Positions 13,045 through 26,317 of a stretch of DNA of 64,000 nucleotides are shown here, one piece after another (positions within the stretch are counted from its first letter, which is position 1; each line of letters begins with the position of its first letter). A program made the position numbers and the translations under genes. Below the pieces are notes generated by a model. It was not told where the DNA came from, did no database searches, and was given only the letters and a program-made list of their open reading frames with translations. Source of the DNA: Nymphaea colorata (lineage: Eukaryota); the NCBI RefSeq assembly GCF_008831285.2, contig NC_045138.2:38688001-38752000 (forward strand). The letters run 5' to 3'.

Positions 13045-14346
13045 CTTTGCTGGGTTGTGGCGTAGATGAGATAGAGGGTGAGGTATATGGTCTCCACGAC
13101 CAGTCCGATTCCATTGATGGTGATTACCAAGAGGCTATGAGGGTGAACCATGGGGAGGCCGTACGTGCACCAAAGCATGCAGTTGAGCATCGTCGCCAAG
13201 TAAGGCATGGCCGAGTAATCTTCGACAGCACCCTTCTTGATTATCTTATAAAAAGTTGGCCTGTTCATTTCAACAATAAAACAACCACATTGTCAGCCGT
13301 TCTTTGTCCTCAGTTTGTTTATAAAGTAGCTAAAAACCAACTAAAAATTCACTTCAATCATAATATTGAGGGCGTTTGTTTAAAGGAACATTCTGTTCTT
13401 GGAACACTAATGCACATTCAAGAACATCGTGTCATCTCTTCAATCTGAAACATGGTGCGATTGTGAAAGTTGTTCTTAGACCGAACAACAAAATTATAGA
13501 CATAAGCATGCCATGTTTTGTGGAACAAGAACATCTAAACATTCCTCAAATGGTGTTTAGGAACATGATTTACCTTACTTTAGAACTCAACCTATGTAGT
13601 TGAAGAGAGAGAGAGAGAGATCCTTTTTATGCGTTCTAATTTAAGAGGTCTGTTTACCATATCTAAACTGGGGATAGGGGCCAGACTCACACATGGCACT
13701 CAGCAAAAGAGAAAGGTGACATTATCCTCACACAACTCGTTTGTCTTCATGAAATTAATTCATAAATCATACTCATGGGTTCAATTTCTCACAATGCATT
13801 TCTAAATCGTTCTTCCCATATATCTTTCTTTATCTTTGCATTTATGAAGAGAGAGAGAGAGAGAGATTTACGTTGGAGAGAGAAACAGTCCAAACGAGAT
13901 CGCGTTTCCTGAAACAAGAAAAGGACGTAAACGACAGAGATTAATTCATTGTAAGTAGAGTACCTGAAAGTAATGAAAAGCTACTTGTATAGACATGGCA
14001 TTCCTGTGGCGGCTAGGAAGGCCAAGTTTGTAGCATGATCAGGATTCAGGACCAAAGGAGCACTATGATTTCCTTGGTGTAGGAATTGATTTATTTGATC
14101 AGGAGATCAGAGGGCGAAGGCCAAATATATTAGTTAACAAGTCACAGGTCCGCCATGTCCTCACAGAAGCCAAAAGCCATGACTTCCTCTATCAAGAAGA
14201 AGCAGTGACATTAAGAAGGATGTTTAACGCAAACATAAAGCTGATGCTCTTTCAATTGCAAAAAACGCACAAGAATGAAGGGAAGAGAAAAAAAACTTGG
14301 TACCAAGAACCCCGACAATTGATCGAACAACACGCACGGCCACCAT
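10254..14346 (-). CDS. SWEET: SWEET sugar transporter, clade II (SWEET4/5/6/7-like), copy A (~238 aa, 6 exons)
   Basis: Exons 14346-14304, 13908-13872, 13260-13044, 11836-11675, 11590-11471, 10391-10254 (43/37/217/162/120/138 nt, the typical SWEET pattern). MtN3 motifs: [65 protein letters not shown]. Confidence 0.93.
12169..12376. mobile_element. Tourist-like MITE in SWEET-A intron 3
   Basis: The ends GGAGGTGTTTGG... and ...CCAAACACTCC are near-perfect inverted repeats. The interior carries internal AAAACC/GGTTTT inverted motifs. Confidence 0.55.
12970..13042. repeat. (GA)n microsatellite, ~36 units, abutting the SWEET-A intron 3 donor
   Basis: Uninterrupted AG run directly visible. Confidence 0.97.
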
Positions 14347-15357
14347 CTTCGCTCAAAAGAGAGAGAGATAGAGAAAGAAGAAGAAGAAGAAGAAGAAGAA
14401 GAAATAAAAGAGCAAGGGAGAGAGCGAGAGAGAGAGAAAGAGAGAAGAAGAGGAAGAGAAAGAATAAGAAGAAATACAAGGTGAGGCCGACCCCCGGGGG
14501 TCAGGGCACAGCCCTCACCACTAATAATCTTTCTTCTCGTGTCACTTATTTGCAAGGAAACCTTGCAACTACCACAGTTGAACCGATTTTGCCGAGGGAG
14601 AGAAAGAAAGAAGTTAACCAAATTGCGTGGTTTAAAGTAACCAGACTACTTTATTATCTCAATTCAAAAGTCCTTTTTTTTAATATTCAGAAGCACGACC
14701 ATGCTTTTAAACTTCTCATTTCACTTCCTCAATTTACATGAATTTTTAATGCAAACTCACATTAAACAGTCCACATCCACATCCTTTTTGACATAATACA
14801 GTTGCATTATAAGAGGCCCAACTCAATCATTTCAGGGGAAATCCCGTTTGTAATTCACATGATTTCTTCCAGGTTGATCCAATCGATTACATCAAACTTA
14901 CTTTCTGAGAAAAAAAAAGAGCAAATCGATCGAGTTGGCAATGTGGGGATCATTTGTTCTCATCAAATCATAACGCGCAGAAGTTCTCATATTCGGAGAC
15001 AAAATCGACAGAAGAGATTCATCAAGATGAGAAAACAAAACAAGGGAGTCATCATTTACATGGCTTTGTTCATCTACAAAGAAAAGTAATTCGAGTTTAA
15101 CATGAAAAGGAAAAGAAAGAAAAAGACTTCCTCAAAGTCCTCCGCTGTGGATGACTAGCTAGCTCTCATGAGCACCACCCCTCTCTCTCTCTCTCTATGC
15201 GGAACTCAAAATTTTGCCATTTCAGGAACCTAATAAAACCAACTACTTAGTTCATTAGCTGCAAACTGAGGGGATCTTCTACGAGCCATTTAGACAGACT
15301 TATGGATGTGGATGCGTACACCGCAGAAGTTGACGGGTACAGCAAGGGCCCCCCCTT

Positions 15358-16582
15358 CTATGGCGCCCCAACGTTGATGGAGACAGCTTCCTGCGTGGAG
15401 GCTAGTACAGGGCCCATAGACGACCGAGTAGTAGTACTGGTAGGCAATTCGACCTCATGACATGCGGTGCCGCCGTCTCCTCCGCCTGCCTTTTTCCCCT
15501 TCTTTGGTGTTGATCTGAAATAACAACCATAGAGTACCAGCTGAGCTGCTCCAAATAATGTTCCTAGCCCGTTCGGAATCTGAATCATTCATCACAACCA
15601 GAAAGGCATAGTAATTAGGCTGATCATTTGTCGTTCAAATCACCAGCACAATCTTCTAAACTAATTACAACAATGTTTTTTTCTTTTAATCTAACAAGAA
15701 TGGCGAAAGTTATGTGTATGTTTTGGGTACTGGAGGACACGCAGGGGTTCAAGCCGAGTTTCTTCATTCAAATATAAAGAAAAGAAAACGGACTTACAAC
15801 AATGTTGATATCAAAGGGAAGCAATGCATAGATAGTCCAGCAGACGCCATTAAGGAAGGAAGCAAGCGAGAGATAGAAAGGCATGTAGTCCACGCTTTTC
15901 GTTTTAATCACCAATCTCTGTAACATCAAACAAACTGGGTTAATTTACTGGACAATGTAACATGAAAGTTATAAAATTTCTTGTCATCATTTTCCCAAAA
16001 AAAAAAAATTACGCTTTTGCCACTAAACATTTGCGTTGTGTTTATGCATATTTTGGGCCAATGATTTTGAGATATTTGGTAAAAACTAACTATGTACTCA
16101 AATTAAATAAACCAGGTGTTGATTCATGCAAAATCCATTATGCAGATCACCTAATGCTATGAAGTTTACCGACAATAAACACAACATTGCCATAAATTTC
16201 AGCATACTTCTATACAAAATCATCATGAGCAGTACCTTATACACGTACAAAATTAAAACAAATATAAAGCAAATGAAGATACTGACCATGGCACTAAGAG
16301 GTGAGGCATACATGCAGGTGCCAAAAATGATGCAGAGGATGCCGACAAACAAGGTTCTCTTTTCATGAGTATGGAAAACCAACAAGGTTACAACAACCAC
16401 AATTGCCATGAGTACCATCTCAACCAGCAAGATCAATGATGGCTTCACCTGAGAAACAGAACAGCGCGTCATATCAGGAATTGCAACAGGGAAATTCACC
16501 CAATAGAAGTATGGCAGTCGGATGAATCAATAAGAGAAGGATAAAACCAGATGGATCACATGAGTTGATGAAGACAGAGAGA

Positions 16583-16642
<60 letters not shown>

Positions 16643-17704
16643 TCTGCCTCTTTGATGAGTAGGTGAAATACATGCAGAGGTATATTAACTCCACGACCAA
16701 TCCGATGCCATTGATGGTGAGGACCAACAGGCTGTGGGGATGAACAATGGGGAAGCCATAGAACACCCAAAGCATGCAGTTCATCACCGTCGCCAGGTAA
16801 GGTATGGGTGAGAAGTCTTCAACGTCACCCTTCTTCCATATCCTATAGAAGGTTGGCCTGCGTTTCCGCATTGCAGAAAACGTATAACAAGTAAGTGTAT
16901 CTCAACTGCTGTTTGTATAATTGACCAATGATAAGCATAAACAACATTAAATTGAGAAGCGGGTGCATTGCAGTTCCATAAATTTAAGTGCTACGCTTCA
17001 CGAATACATGGAAATCATGTTTCCATGGGTATGCAGAAGCAGCAGGACTCCCAAGAGTGAGCGATGATAATGTCCACGGCAGATTTACATCTACCAGTGA
17101 CATCCCTTCATGTTAAGATACAGAGACTAGGATATGAAAGAGAAGGAAAACCGATTTTCTAAAGAAATAGGCCAGGTCAGTCCTGTGCCCATGGGAAAAT
17201 AGTTTCCCACCTATAGACCATGTTTCCAGAATTAAATAAGGGCTCCTTCAAGAGACCAAAAAAGACAACCATGTAGGAATTTGAGCCTCGAAGCTCTCTG
17301 GCTAGGTCCCACGAATTTAAAAATCATTCCAGAAGCCAGAACGCTGTCCACTCCCTCCCTCCACCTCGGAGGAGGGACCAACTTGATCGATCCACACCTT
17401 CCATGGCGGTTGGGGAGGCATTGCATCCAGTAATCTGGTCGACTACAGGTAGTCATCAAACTCATTCAAAGGGCCCATGTGTCTGTAATTATGAGACATT
17501 GTACTATATGATATGGCCTCAGTACTCGACTCAAGCCTGTGATTTCATGTTTCATTTTAGAAGCCAAATCAGATAATCCCATCGATGACCTGGTGGAACA
17601 CCAGGGCCAGTTTACCGTTCTGCATTTCTCACAGGCAGCCTGAAACTGACTGCCGGCAATGAGGCTCAAGTTCTTCTTCTCTGCGTGCGTGTGTGTGTGA
17701 GAGA

Positions 17705-17745
<41 letters not shown>

Positions 17746-18355
17746 ACGTTGGAGAAAGGAACAGGCCGAAGGATATAACGTTCCCTGCAACAAGAAAAGG
17801 AACAGTAGTTAGGATTAGGAATATGGTCCACAACTTTTCTTCTCCGAAACCTGCTCACTTTGTAAAGACGGCAAAGCAAGAGACAAATAAGCGACTCCAT
17901 TCTAGAACAATGGTCAGTAAATCCGAAGTTCTCAATGCGTTTCCCGGACGGGGAAATACTTTTTTCTCCGTCTGATTCCCTCATGAAACACTTTATCCTT
18001 CTGAGAGCATGAGAATCACACATTCGATCGAGTCCAAAAAGAAACTTGACATTCTTTACGATCGCAGCTTTCTAGTTGAAATTAATATTCTGAATCAGGA
18101 AAGAGGAAAAAAAGCCTACCACCATCACCCATTGGCCCACAAGTTTCAACAGAATCAAGAAACCGCTGCTTTTACAATAAATGTACGAGCATTACTTGGG
18201 TTTAACCCAATGGAAGCAAGAACAGATGGTGGAAAAAGAGGCTATGATGGAAAAAAGAAAAAAAAAGCGAGTAACGGAAAGAGAAGGGTAGCAGAGAATC
18301 TAAAGTTGTTACCAATAATGCCAATAACTGATCGAACAACGTCCGTGGACACCAT
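15358..18355 (-). CDS. SWEET: SWEET sugar transporter, clade II, copy B (~266 aa, 6 exons), tandem paralog of copy A
   Basis: Exons 18355-18313, 17784-17748, 16857-16641, 16448-16287, 15917-15798, 15579-15358 (43/37/217/162/120/222 nt). Motifs: [70 protein letters not shown]. Confidence 0.94.
16576..16639. repeat. (GA)n microsatellite abutting the SWEET-B intron 3 donor
   Basis: AG run directly visible. Confidence 0.95.
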
Positions 18356-19706
18356 GTCTTCTCACGCAGAGCAAACGGAAAGAACGAAGACTTAAGAGAA
18401 CGATGAGAAAGCTCTAGGGGAGAGGGCGTCTTTATAATGGTCTCTGGTAGAGAGAGAAAGAGTTGGCCTTCAATTCGAAGTAATTGTGACTGGACTCCGC
18501 GCTCGGAAAGTAGGCAGAAAATTAAGAGATGGAGATGAAGAGTCCATTAATAAATGGATCTCTCTCTCTCTCTCTCTCTTCCTTGATTTATTGTTACCTT
18601 ATCTATCTCCTGAGTTCATGTTCATCCTCCCTCACTCTGTCTTTCTGATCTCAACAACCCACTTATTATCTTTTTCTTCTATTTAAGAAACAAAAATAAC
18701 TCTACCACAACGAGTTTCAGCCTTTCAGGTTAATTCATATGGAAACTAAAACGTAAGTCGAATCATTGGTGTTCGTTCCTGTGATTGGATTTCTTGATCA
18801 TAAAATATTTTTAGCCTTCAATGAAACCGGTGGCGATAAATATGGATTAACTGGATAGTGCTGGATGAGTGGATTTAGATGAAAGCAGACTTCTAGGGAC
18901 TGTGTTTTCTTGTTCATGTTGTTCCAAAGACAATGAGATAATCATGTTCAAATTTCTGGCAAAATGTGATCCCAACAGATGCGGAGACAGTTTGAATTTC
19001 CGTACATTCCTGGTCTAAAGCCGGTTTAAAGCGAACATTAATCACCTACCAACCCCAAAGGATGCCAGAAGATCGAATTTAATCTCCCCAGAAATATTAA
19101 TGTAAGAGTCAAAGATAAAATGATAAGTTTGTCGGTTCTCATTTCTACTATTCTGACAGCATTGGATTATCCTCTAAAACCACTCGTAAGAAAATCATAA
19201 TCAGATTAGTATTCATTGGCTAATGTTTCCTCCAAATCAGACTGCAAGTCTGTAAGTATATCCAAACGGCATTGTTTTTCTGGGTCCAACTCCTCATCCG
19301 ATTGTGCTTGAGTTTAGCACCCTGACAAATGATTAGGGGGCATTTGACTACTTCATATTTGAAATTCATGGATATTTCGCTGATGCAGCGTGAGATTCAC
19401 GGTAAAATTCATGATTCATTAAACTAAAGATTTTCAGTCATACATATCTAAAATCGACGCGTGAAATCTTTAATTTTTTTTTCATTGAGAAAAGTCGGAT
19501 TTATGATTGGAGGGAAGAGGGTCTGATTTTAAATCTACAACGGTTCTCATATCGGAAAATCAGTTGAATGGATGCAAAACGCATAAAAAGATATTATTAA
19601 AAAAAATCACAAGAATATTATGTCCATATCACATTTTGGTTAAATTTGTGGACAGAAACATCCATAGTGATTTAAAGAGGCACATGCGACAACAGCATGA
19701 GCCATG

Positions 19707-19708
<2 letters not shown>

Positions 19709-19767
<59 letters not shown>
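19709..19767. repeat. Compound (AT)n(AG)n microsatellite
   Basis: Directly visible. Confidence 0.9.
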
Positions 19768-19771
<4 letters not shown>

Positions 19772-20797
19772 ATTAAATGTGTTTTCCGAGTCTGCTTACT
19801 CAAGAAAGAATATGGATCGCATCCACCTTACTCAAATAGTTATTAGATAGTCGAAGCATGCCCGCGCTTTTCCTTTAGCATATCACTTAATTTTACTTGT
19901 TCTTTTTTGTTTGGCTAAAAGAGGGAGAAAGAGAAAAAATGTCATGTACGGGTGCAGTTTGTATGTACCCCAGTAGCCATGATGAAGCCCCTCTACCTGC
20001 CACGCGCCTTGGGTGAACACACAGTCTTGGTGCATCATGGAGTCTGCGTGCACCCAAAAAACTCATCACGAGGACACGACACACGATAGAAAATTTTCGC
20101 CATTGTTTCTCTTTTTAGATGGACAGCATTTTCATGTACGTGACTCTCATACAAAAACATGAATACTTTGCAAGCAAGTACTTTCTCCCTTGGAAGAGTT
20201 AGGCTGAATTCGTGCTCGCCACCACTTCCACGCATCGTGTGAGCATTGGTGAGGGTGAATTCTTGCATGTTCAAAGAGCCCAAGTCTCTGGATCTGTTCA
20301 GTTCCTACTGCCGGCAGTAGAGAACCTCAATCTGCCACTGTTTACACCAGCACCCGACTTTCATTTTCATTATAAGGACAAAGAATTTAAGGATTGATGC
20401 TCTAGCCTCCATCGTGCGCAATATAATCTCTACATTTTACAGAAGGAAATAACCAGAGTTACAAAGCGAGGATGCATTTCCCGTAATCAGTATTCGATAT
20501 TACAGAGATTGGATTATAAAATAGAAACGTAGAGCAGCACCAAAGTTAGTACAACAAATAATCTTAGAAGACTACATTTGTCGTGCAACAGAAAAATATG
20601 ATACAGGAGAAGCAGTGTGAGAATGAGAAACTGCGGCACTAAGAAGACTTCCTAAGCTTTACGCAACAGCGAACAGACCCTTACTAACAGGCCTTATATC
20701 ATAAGTGAATAAGTAATGCCGTGAGACAAATGGTACACGTTGCAATTTTCTAGTTTGCCCGTCTAACAGTAAAGCTAGAAAGAAACTCAAAGTCCCA

Positions 20798-23700
20798 TCA
20801 AGTCAAACCTCCAGAGCTGTCGCAAGAGCTACCCAAGTTAGGAACCATTTCACTGATCAGCAGTCTGATCAAATGCTTGCCACATGATTTTACGATGTCG
20901 ATGCATTCCTGAAAGTCGTCCTCACAAGCAAGCAATATCCACTCTTGATCGTCATCCAGGTACTTGACATCAAAGATGTCCGTTCCCAATTTCAGACGTT
21001 TTGCCACCTCTTCCTTCAGTTCTATCAAGCTTGACACTGAGGACAGACGGAATCTTACTATATCCTCCTTATACATTGCCTTCACTGCCATAGCGTCTGT
21101 ACAGGTTGCATTTCTTATAGAACTGGTGGGCTCTTCGTTCGTGGCAGGACATGGTTCTCCAAGGGCTGAAGAACCAAATTCTGTAGACTCATTCAGATGG
21201 ACCCTCTCATGCTCTAGGACATAATCAGCAGAAGGCCAGTCGACCAATTCAGTTGCTTCAACATCTTGTGGGGTGCCCTGACTTGACCTGCGAGAAGCAA
21301 CAGTCCGTATGTTCTGTTCACCTGACTCGAGCTTACTTTTTAGTCCAGGATGGTGCTCATCCAACTTTGGCTGCAAGTGACTACAGTCATGACTTGCCAT
21401 CTGCCTTTCTGGGTCCCCAGTTTCAGCAATGACTGCATCCACTGGATTGGCTTCGTGCATGGATTCTCTTGCACTTGTGCACATAAACTTTTGAGGTTCA
21501 ATAGCGGTGAAATTTGGGGGCAAGGAAGAAGATGATCCCATTGCCACCGGTAATGGAGATGTAAGAGTGGTCAGATTGAAAGTGCCTTGTGCAACTGGGA
21601 CAGATTCAATCACTTGTTGTAGCTTATAGATGGACCTGTTCACCTTCTTGATTTTGCGGGATGGCCACCTGGTGATACCATACTGCCTACAGATACGCTT
21701 CATGGTTGTAGGACAAACTGCAGTGAACATGAAAACAGTTAAATTTTTCTATGAATGCTACTTTTGAAGGAAAAGGTTTTTGCTGTTACACATAGATAAT
21801 CACTTTTGCAAAGAAAAGTATAAGCAGAATACAACAAGAACCAAAAGGTACTGAAATAGAACTAGATCTAGAAATGCACCTAACTCTCTACATGTACGGA
21901 AGCTGTTGGAACAGGCCAGACAAATAATCAAATCAACCATTACCATAAGGTGAAGAAAATTCATCTGTAATGAAACAAACCGTAGACTAAAAAATTCAAC
22001 CACTTGTACTCATAAAATTTGTATTCCATTCTTTGATTTGCAGACATGATCTCAATTGGATACAAGTCAATCTTGTTCTTCATTAAATTTTCTGTTTTTG
22101 ATTTTCTCGCATCTTAAACTACAGAATGAAGACTGGAATGACAAACACAACAGCCAACTCTAGTGAACACTATGTTGGCCGACCAGTAAGCTGCTGAAAT
22201 TTAACATACTCCAACCAATATAGACTAGGGATCAAACTTAGCTTGAACTTCTGAGCTAGACTTAGAGAAGAACTGCATGCTCGAGAAGGTTCCCTTCCTA
22301 AGAATTGACGAGATTTTGGAAGTGCTAGAGATGCATATTTAGAATGGTCTGTTCTGGTTCTTAGATGCATATTTACAATGGCCTGCTTTTATTGCACCAA
22401 TGGTCCAAATCTAGTAGTTATTCTAAATTTCTAATGAAAGTACTCAGAGGAACTAGATTGTTATTTGCACCTTTAAGTATCATGGGTTCCAAAAGGAAGA
22501 TCTTTAGGGATCCAAGCAATGCAATGTTATTATAAACAAATTTGTCCCAGCAGTTTTATCAGTCCACAGATTATAATAACATCAGTATCAACAAGTTGTA
22601 GTACAATATGCTGGCCGGTGCTAGCTCCATCCAGCATTTACGCTATCATAGATTGTGCTTAACAGTACCACGTGCTCTGGAATGCTGTACAATGCCTTCT
22701 GCACATTCTTTAGCAGAAAGGAGGACTACCTCACACCCTTGTTTGCAACCACCTACAGACCCCACTAGGAACGAACATGAATGAAGTGTTTTATAGACTG
22801 AGGAACACACACCAAACATCCTTAGCATGAGAAAAACCACACAAAGAACAGAAAAAGTTCACATGGAACAGAGCGAGAAATATCTTATGAAAAATTTTAC
22901 CACCAAGGCTTTTTGCAGCATCTTTCAGGCTACCAGCAAAATATTTCTGGAGAACATCTAAGCTAATTGACTTCTCTGCTTTCCCCCGTTTGCTTCCAGA
23001 TAATCCTTTGGTACATGAATTATCTGGTGCTGAAGCATGTGCAAGGTCTACATCTGTATCTGTTATGCTGTTTTCATGCAAAAGACCATCAGCAAGGACC
23101 TCAAAGCTATGCTCAACAGAGAGAGATAATCTTTTGCCCTCTGTGTACACATCTCCAGCCACAGGACATACCTCAGTTTCAGGGGATTCTAGAGGCACTT
23201 GATAATCAGCTCCAATCCCTATAGTGTTTGCACCTTCATCATGTTTATGGCTTGCAGATGGCTCAACTGAAGGGAAGATATTTTCTATTATGAGTTCATA
23301 GTCAATAACAACCCTCAAGGTATGACAACACTGCTTCAGTGTAGCTAAAAGAGATTCCAACAAAAACTGTTGTTCCCTGATGTCCTTGAGGTTAGAGGGC
23401 AAAAAGAACTCTATAACATAACCGTCTTTTCCAGTATGTTCACTTTCCAAATAAATAGCAAGAGAACCAACTAAACCAAACATCCGTGCATAATGTACAA
23501 GCGGGTATTCTGTTTTGCTGAACTGTGTAATATCACAGGAAAAGCATGGGGCATGTGTAGCAAATGCTCTACCAGGCACACCATGTCCCTTTTGTAAATG
23601 ATGTTCTGCACAAGCATCTCTAAATCCCCACATGTCAGCATCAACAACATAGAATGCTATATCAGATATTGACATACAAGCCTGCCTTGTACAACTGCCA

Positions 23701-26317
23701 TCGAAGACTGTAACATCCTCCAGCATACCAGCACTATCTACAATAGCGCTATGTTGCGTGCAAGGAACCCATGTCTGAGCTAGTGGCAACCTGTGCATCT
23801 CACAAACAACTGTTATTATCTCCAAAATTTCAGCTAAAGCAGCTTGACGACCTTCATTGCATATCTGAAACAGGAATGAAGATTGTGGAATATGATCGCA
23901 AGTAGAACTATAGAACAATTGCATGAAACGGGAATTATGCAAAAGGTTTACCTGCAATTGTGGATGATCCAAAACCTCTGAACTTTTTAGATTTACTGCC
24001 TGGAATAAGACTAACTAAATAAGATAATAATAATGCACAATCTAGTGCATATGAAACAAATGCCAGAAAAAAGAAAATCCCTCAGATGTCGGACTCGTAA
24101 TAGATATGAATTATGAACTATGAAGGACTAAGCAAGAATACTATATAATCATAATTAGATTCACATTCTATTAATACGAAAACGGAACCATAACAATCTT
24201 GGTGGAGACCTAAATTGTGATTCTTTTATATGGCAGGCCATTGCCAATGTTTGTTTGTTGTCATATTTGAAAAGCTTGCACTCAACACAAGCCTACAGAA
24301 GTATACTCCTTAAGATACCCATTTATGGACAGTAGCATTGTGAGAATTTAGTTATGTATCAAAGATGAGAGAAATCTTCGAGGACATATGAAGAGGTTGG
24401 TTAAGAGATAGAATGTCTTGGTTCCTAGCCTTTTTGGAAGAGGAACCGAAGCTGCTAGGGGATGAGTTACAATTCGCCAGACCAAGTGCCCAAGTCATGA
24501 CAAGCATTTCTTTTGTTGATAAATAAGCTGGGATTGGGCAGACTCCTACTAGTTTATGCGAATAGCGACACGCCTCCAGTATTCAACTCTTAATCTTCCT
24601 AAACTTGACTGTTTTAAGTCAACCACCTGGCCAGGTGGATGGAGCTTCTCTTGGCAGAAGGGAAGCTTAGATTTGTGATGAAATAAGGTAACAAAAAATG
24701 TTGAAATGTTTCTATTATTGATTATTTCCTTAGGTCACCCCCGAACTTCTACATGGTTTTAGAACCGTAGATTTACCAAAGAAAATATCATACTTACGTC
24801 CACTTTGCTCAACATGAATTCACAGAAACTACCCCAACGAAAGCCACCCAAATGTTTATTCAATGACACCAGAAAATGAAGATAGAATAAAAACCAATAG
24901 CATACAGGTTTCTTTCTGTAAAGGCTATAATTAGGTAGACTGTCTTAATTGATATTGTTATGATGTTTCAGTCTCTAACGAACCATTAACATGATGAATA
25001 TCTAGCGACCCACAGCAGGATCTAATGATTGAACCCAAAAGTGCCCGAGCTTGAATCTAGCAGATTCCAACCCGTCCAAAGCCTGCTCCAATTTCATACC
25101 CAAAAGAATTGGTAACTGTAAGGTAGAAAGGGGCTTAGATATACAGTTTCTCAAAAATCTTAAATATAAGACTATCTCCAGGCATGGAACGTTACAGTTT
25201 AACCTCAAGGAATAGCTTCATCATGCATTGGACCTCCGTTTGTAACTCTATGGGCCCCGCCGAGGACAAACTTAAAATGCTCAATATGTTTAATCCCAAC
25301 CCTTATTCGTACTCTACTCTACTTTGGCATCCAGAAGAGTGTGAACGATTACATATTCTAATGGCTTCAAATATATATAAATATATGTTACCATGCCTTG
25401 TCAAAATCTGTAATATGAAGTTATTTTCAAGTCGTTCTGGAAAGATGACGTTCTACAGGTTCAGACTGGGATGCGATTCATCAACATAATCAACGAACAA
25501 TCAATCACAACAGTGATAAAGAGTAGACCCACCAACCACAATTAGAACACCATGAACCATTTGGATCTTTCTAAGCAAGAAGTTGACGAACCTCGAGCGC
25601 TTTACAAACTCTATCAACATCTGGAGCGTAATTGATCTTCATAGAAGTCATGATGATCTCGATGACGGCCACGCACGATCGGCCCCAGGATTCGAACACC
25701 GGCAGCGCCAGCGACCCGCGAACGTCATAGTGCAAGGCGTGGGACAATCTGGGGTACTCCTCGCTGCTGTAGTACTGAACATTGGGCGTCCATTCCGGCA
25801 TCTTCCGCCGGAAAACCCGGCCGGGGAGCCCAAGAACGTAATCCTCTGTGCAGTCCTCATCGGTGGTGGAGAAGAAGTAAGAGACGGAGACAATTCGGTA
25901 ACTAGAGAGGCTTGGACTGCGGGGACCGAGAACAAAGGGCTGGCCGGAGGTGGTGAGGAGATAGCGACCGCCGCTCTTGACCGGAACCCAGACCTGAACC
26001 AGCGCATGGTGTTCGGTCGACTGCTTAACGTAGTAACGCAAGGCCTGGCTGAGCCTCTGCTTGATAATCCTCGACCTCTCCTCCATGGAATTGAGGGTTC
26101 TGATAGCCAGCCAGTTGAGGGATGATGATGGTGCTGCCGCCGCCGCCGCCGCCGTCGCCGCAGCATCATTGGAATCCGGCGGATGATGGTCGGAGAAGAG
26201 CTCACATGAAGGAGGCCGCTCCTCGGCCTTGTGCTTGCCGTTGCCATCCCCACCGGTGTCTTCGCTGATCAAGTCGTTAACCCAATTGAGTTCGAAGGCC
26301 TCCAGATCGAAATCCAT
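20798..26317 (-). CDS. NLP: NIN-like protein (RWP-RK + PB1 transcription factor, NLP6/7-like), at least 885 aa; 5' end uncertain
   Basis: Exons 26317-25592, 23999-23952, 23864-22901, 21717-20798, in phase. The frame is open upstream to an acceptor-like AG near 26435, so an extra 5' exon is possible. GAF-like region: LVQVWVP, GLPGRVF..KMPEWTPNVQYY, EHHLQKGHGVPGRAF. RWP-RK: SLKDAAKSLGVCPTTMKRICRQYGITRWPSRKIKKV. PB1: VKAMYKEDIVRF..DVKYLDDDQEWILL. Confidence 0.94.

Noticed and set aside
14205..14741. 178-aa Arg/Glu-rich ORF and overlapping ORFs
   Set aside because: These are translations of (GA)n/(GAA)n repeats in the SWEET-A 5' leader and promoter, antisense to the real gene.
17466..18023. 185-aa ORF inside SWEET-B
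   Set aside because: It runs through introns and a CT repeat and crosses exon 2 out of frame.
18440..18500. TGGCCTT..AAG upstream of SWEET-B as an NLP nitrate-responsive element
   Set aside because: The spacing and sequence do not fit the bipartite NRE consensus well enough.
25583..26253. 180-aa (+) and 201-aa (-) ORFs overlapping NLP exon 1
   Set aside because: They are shadow ORFs of a GC-rich exon with no recognisable motifs.
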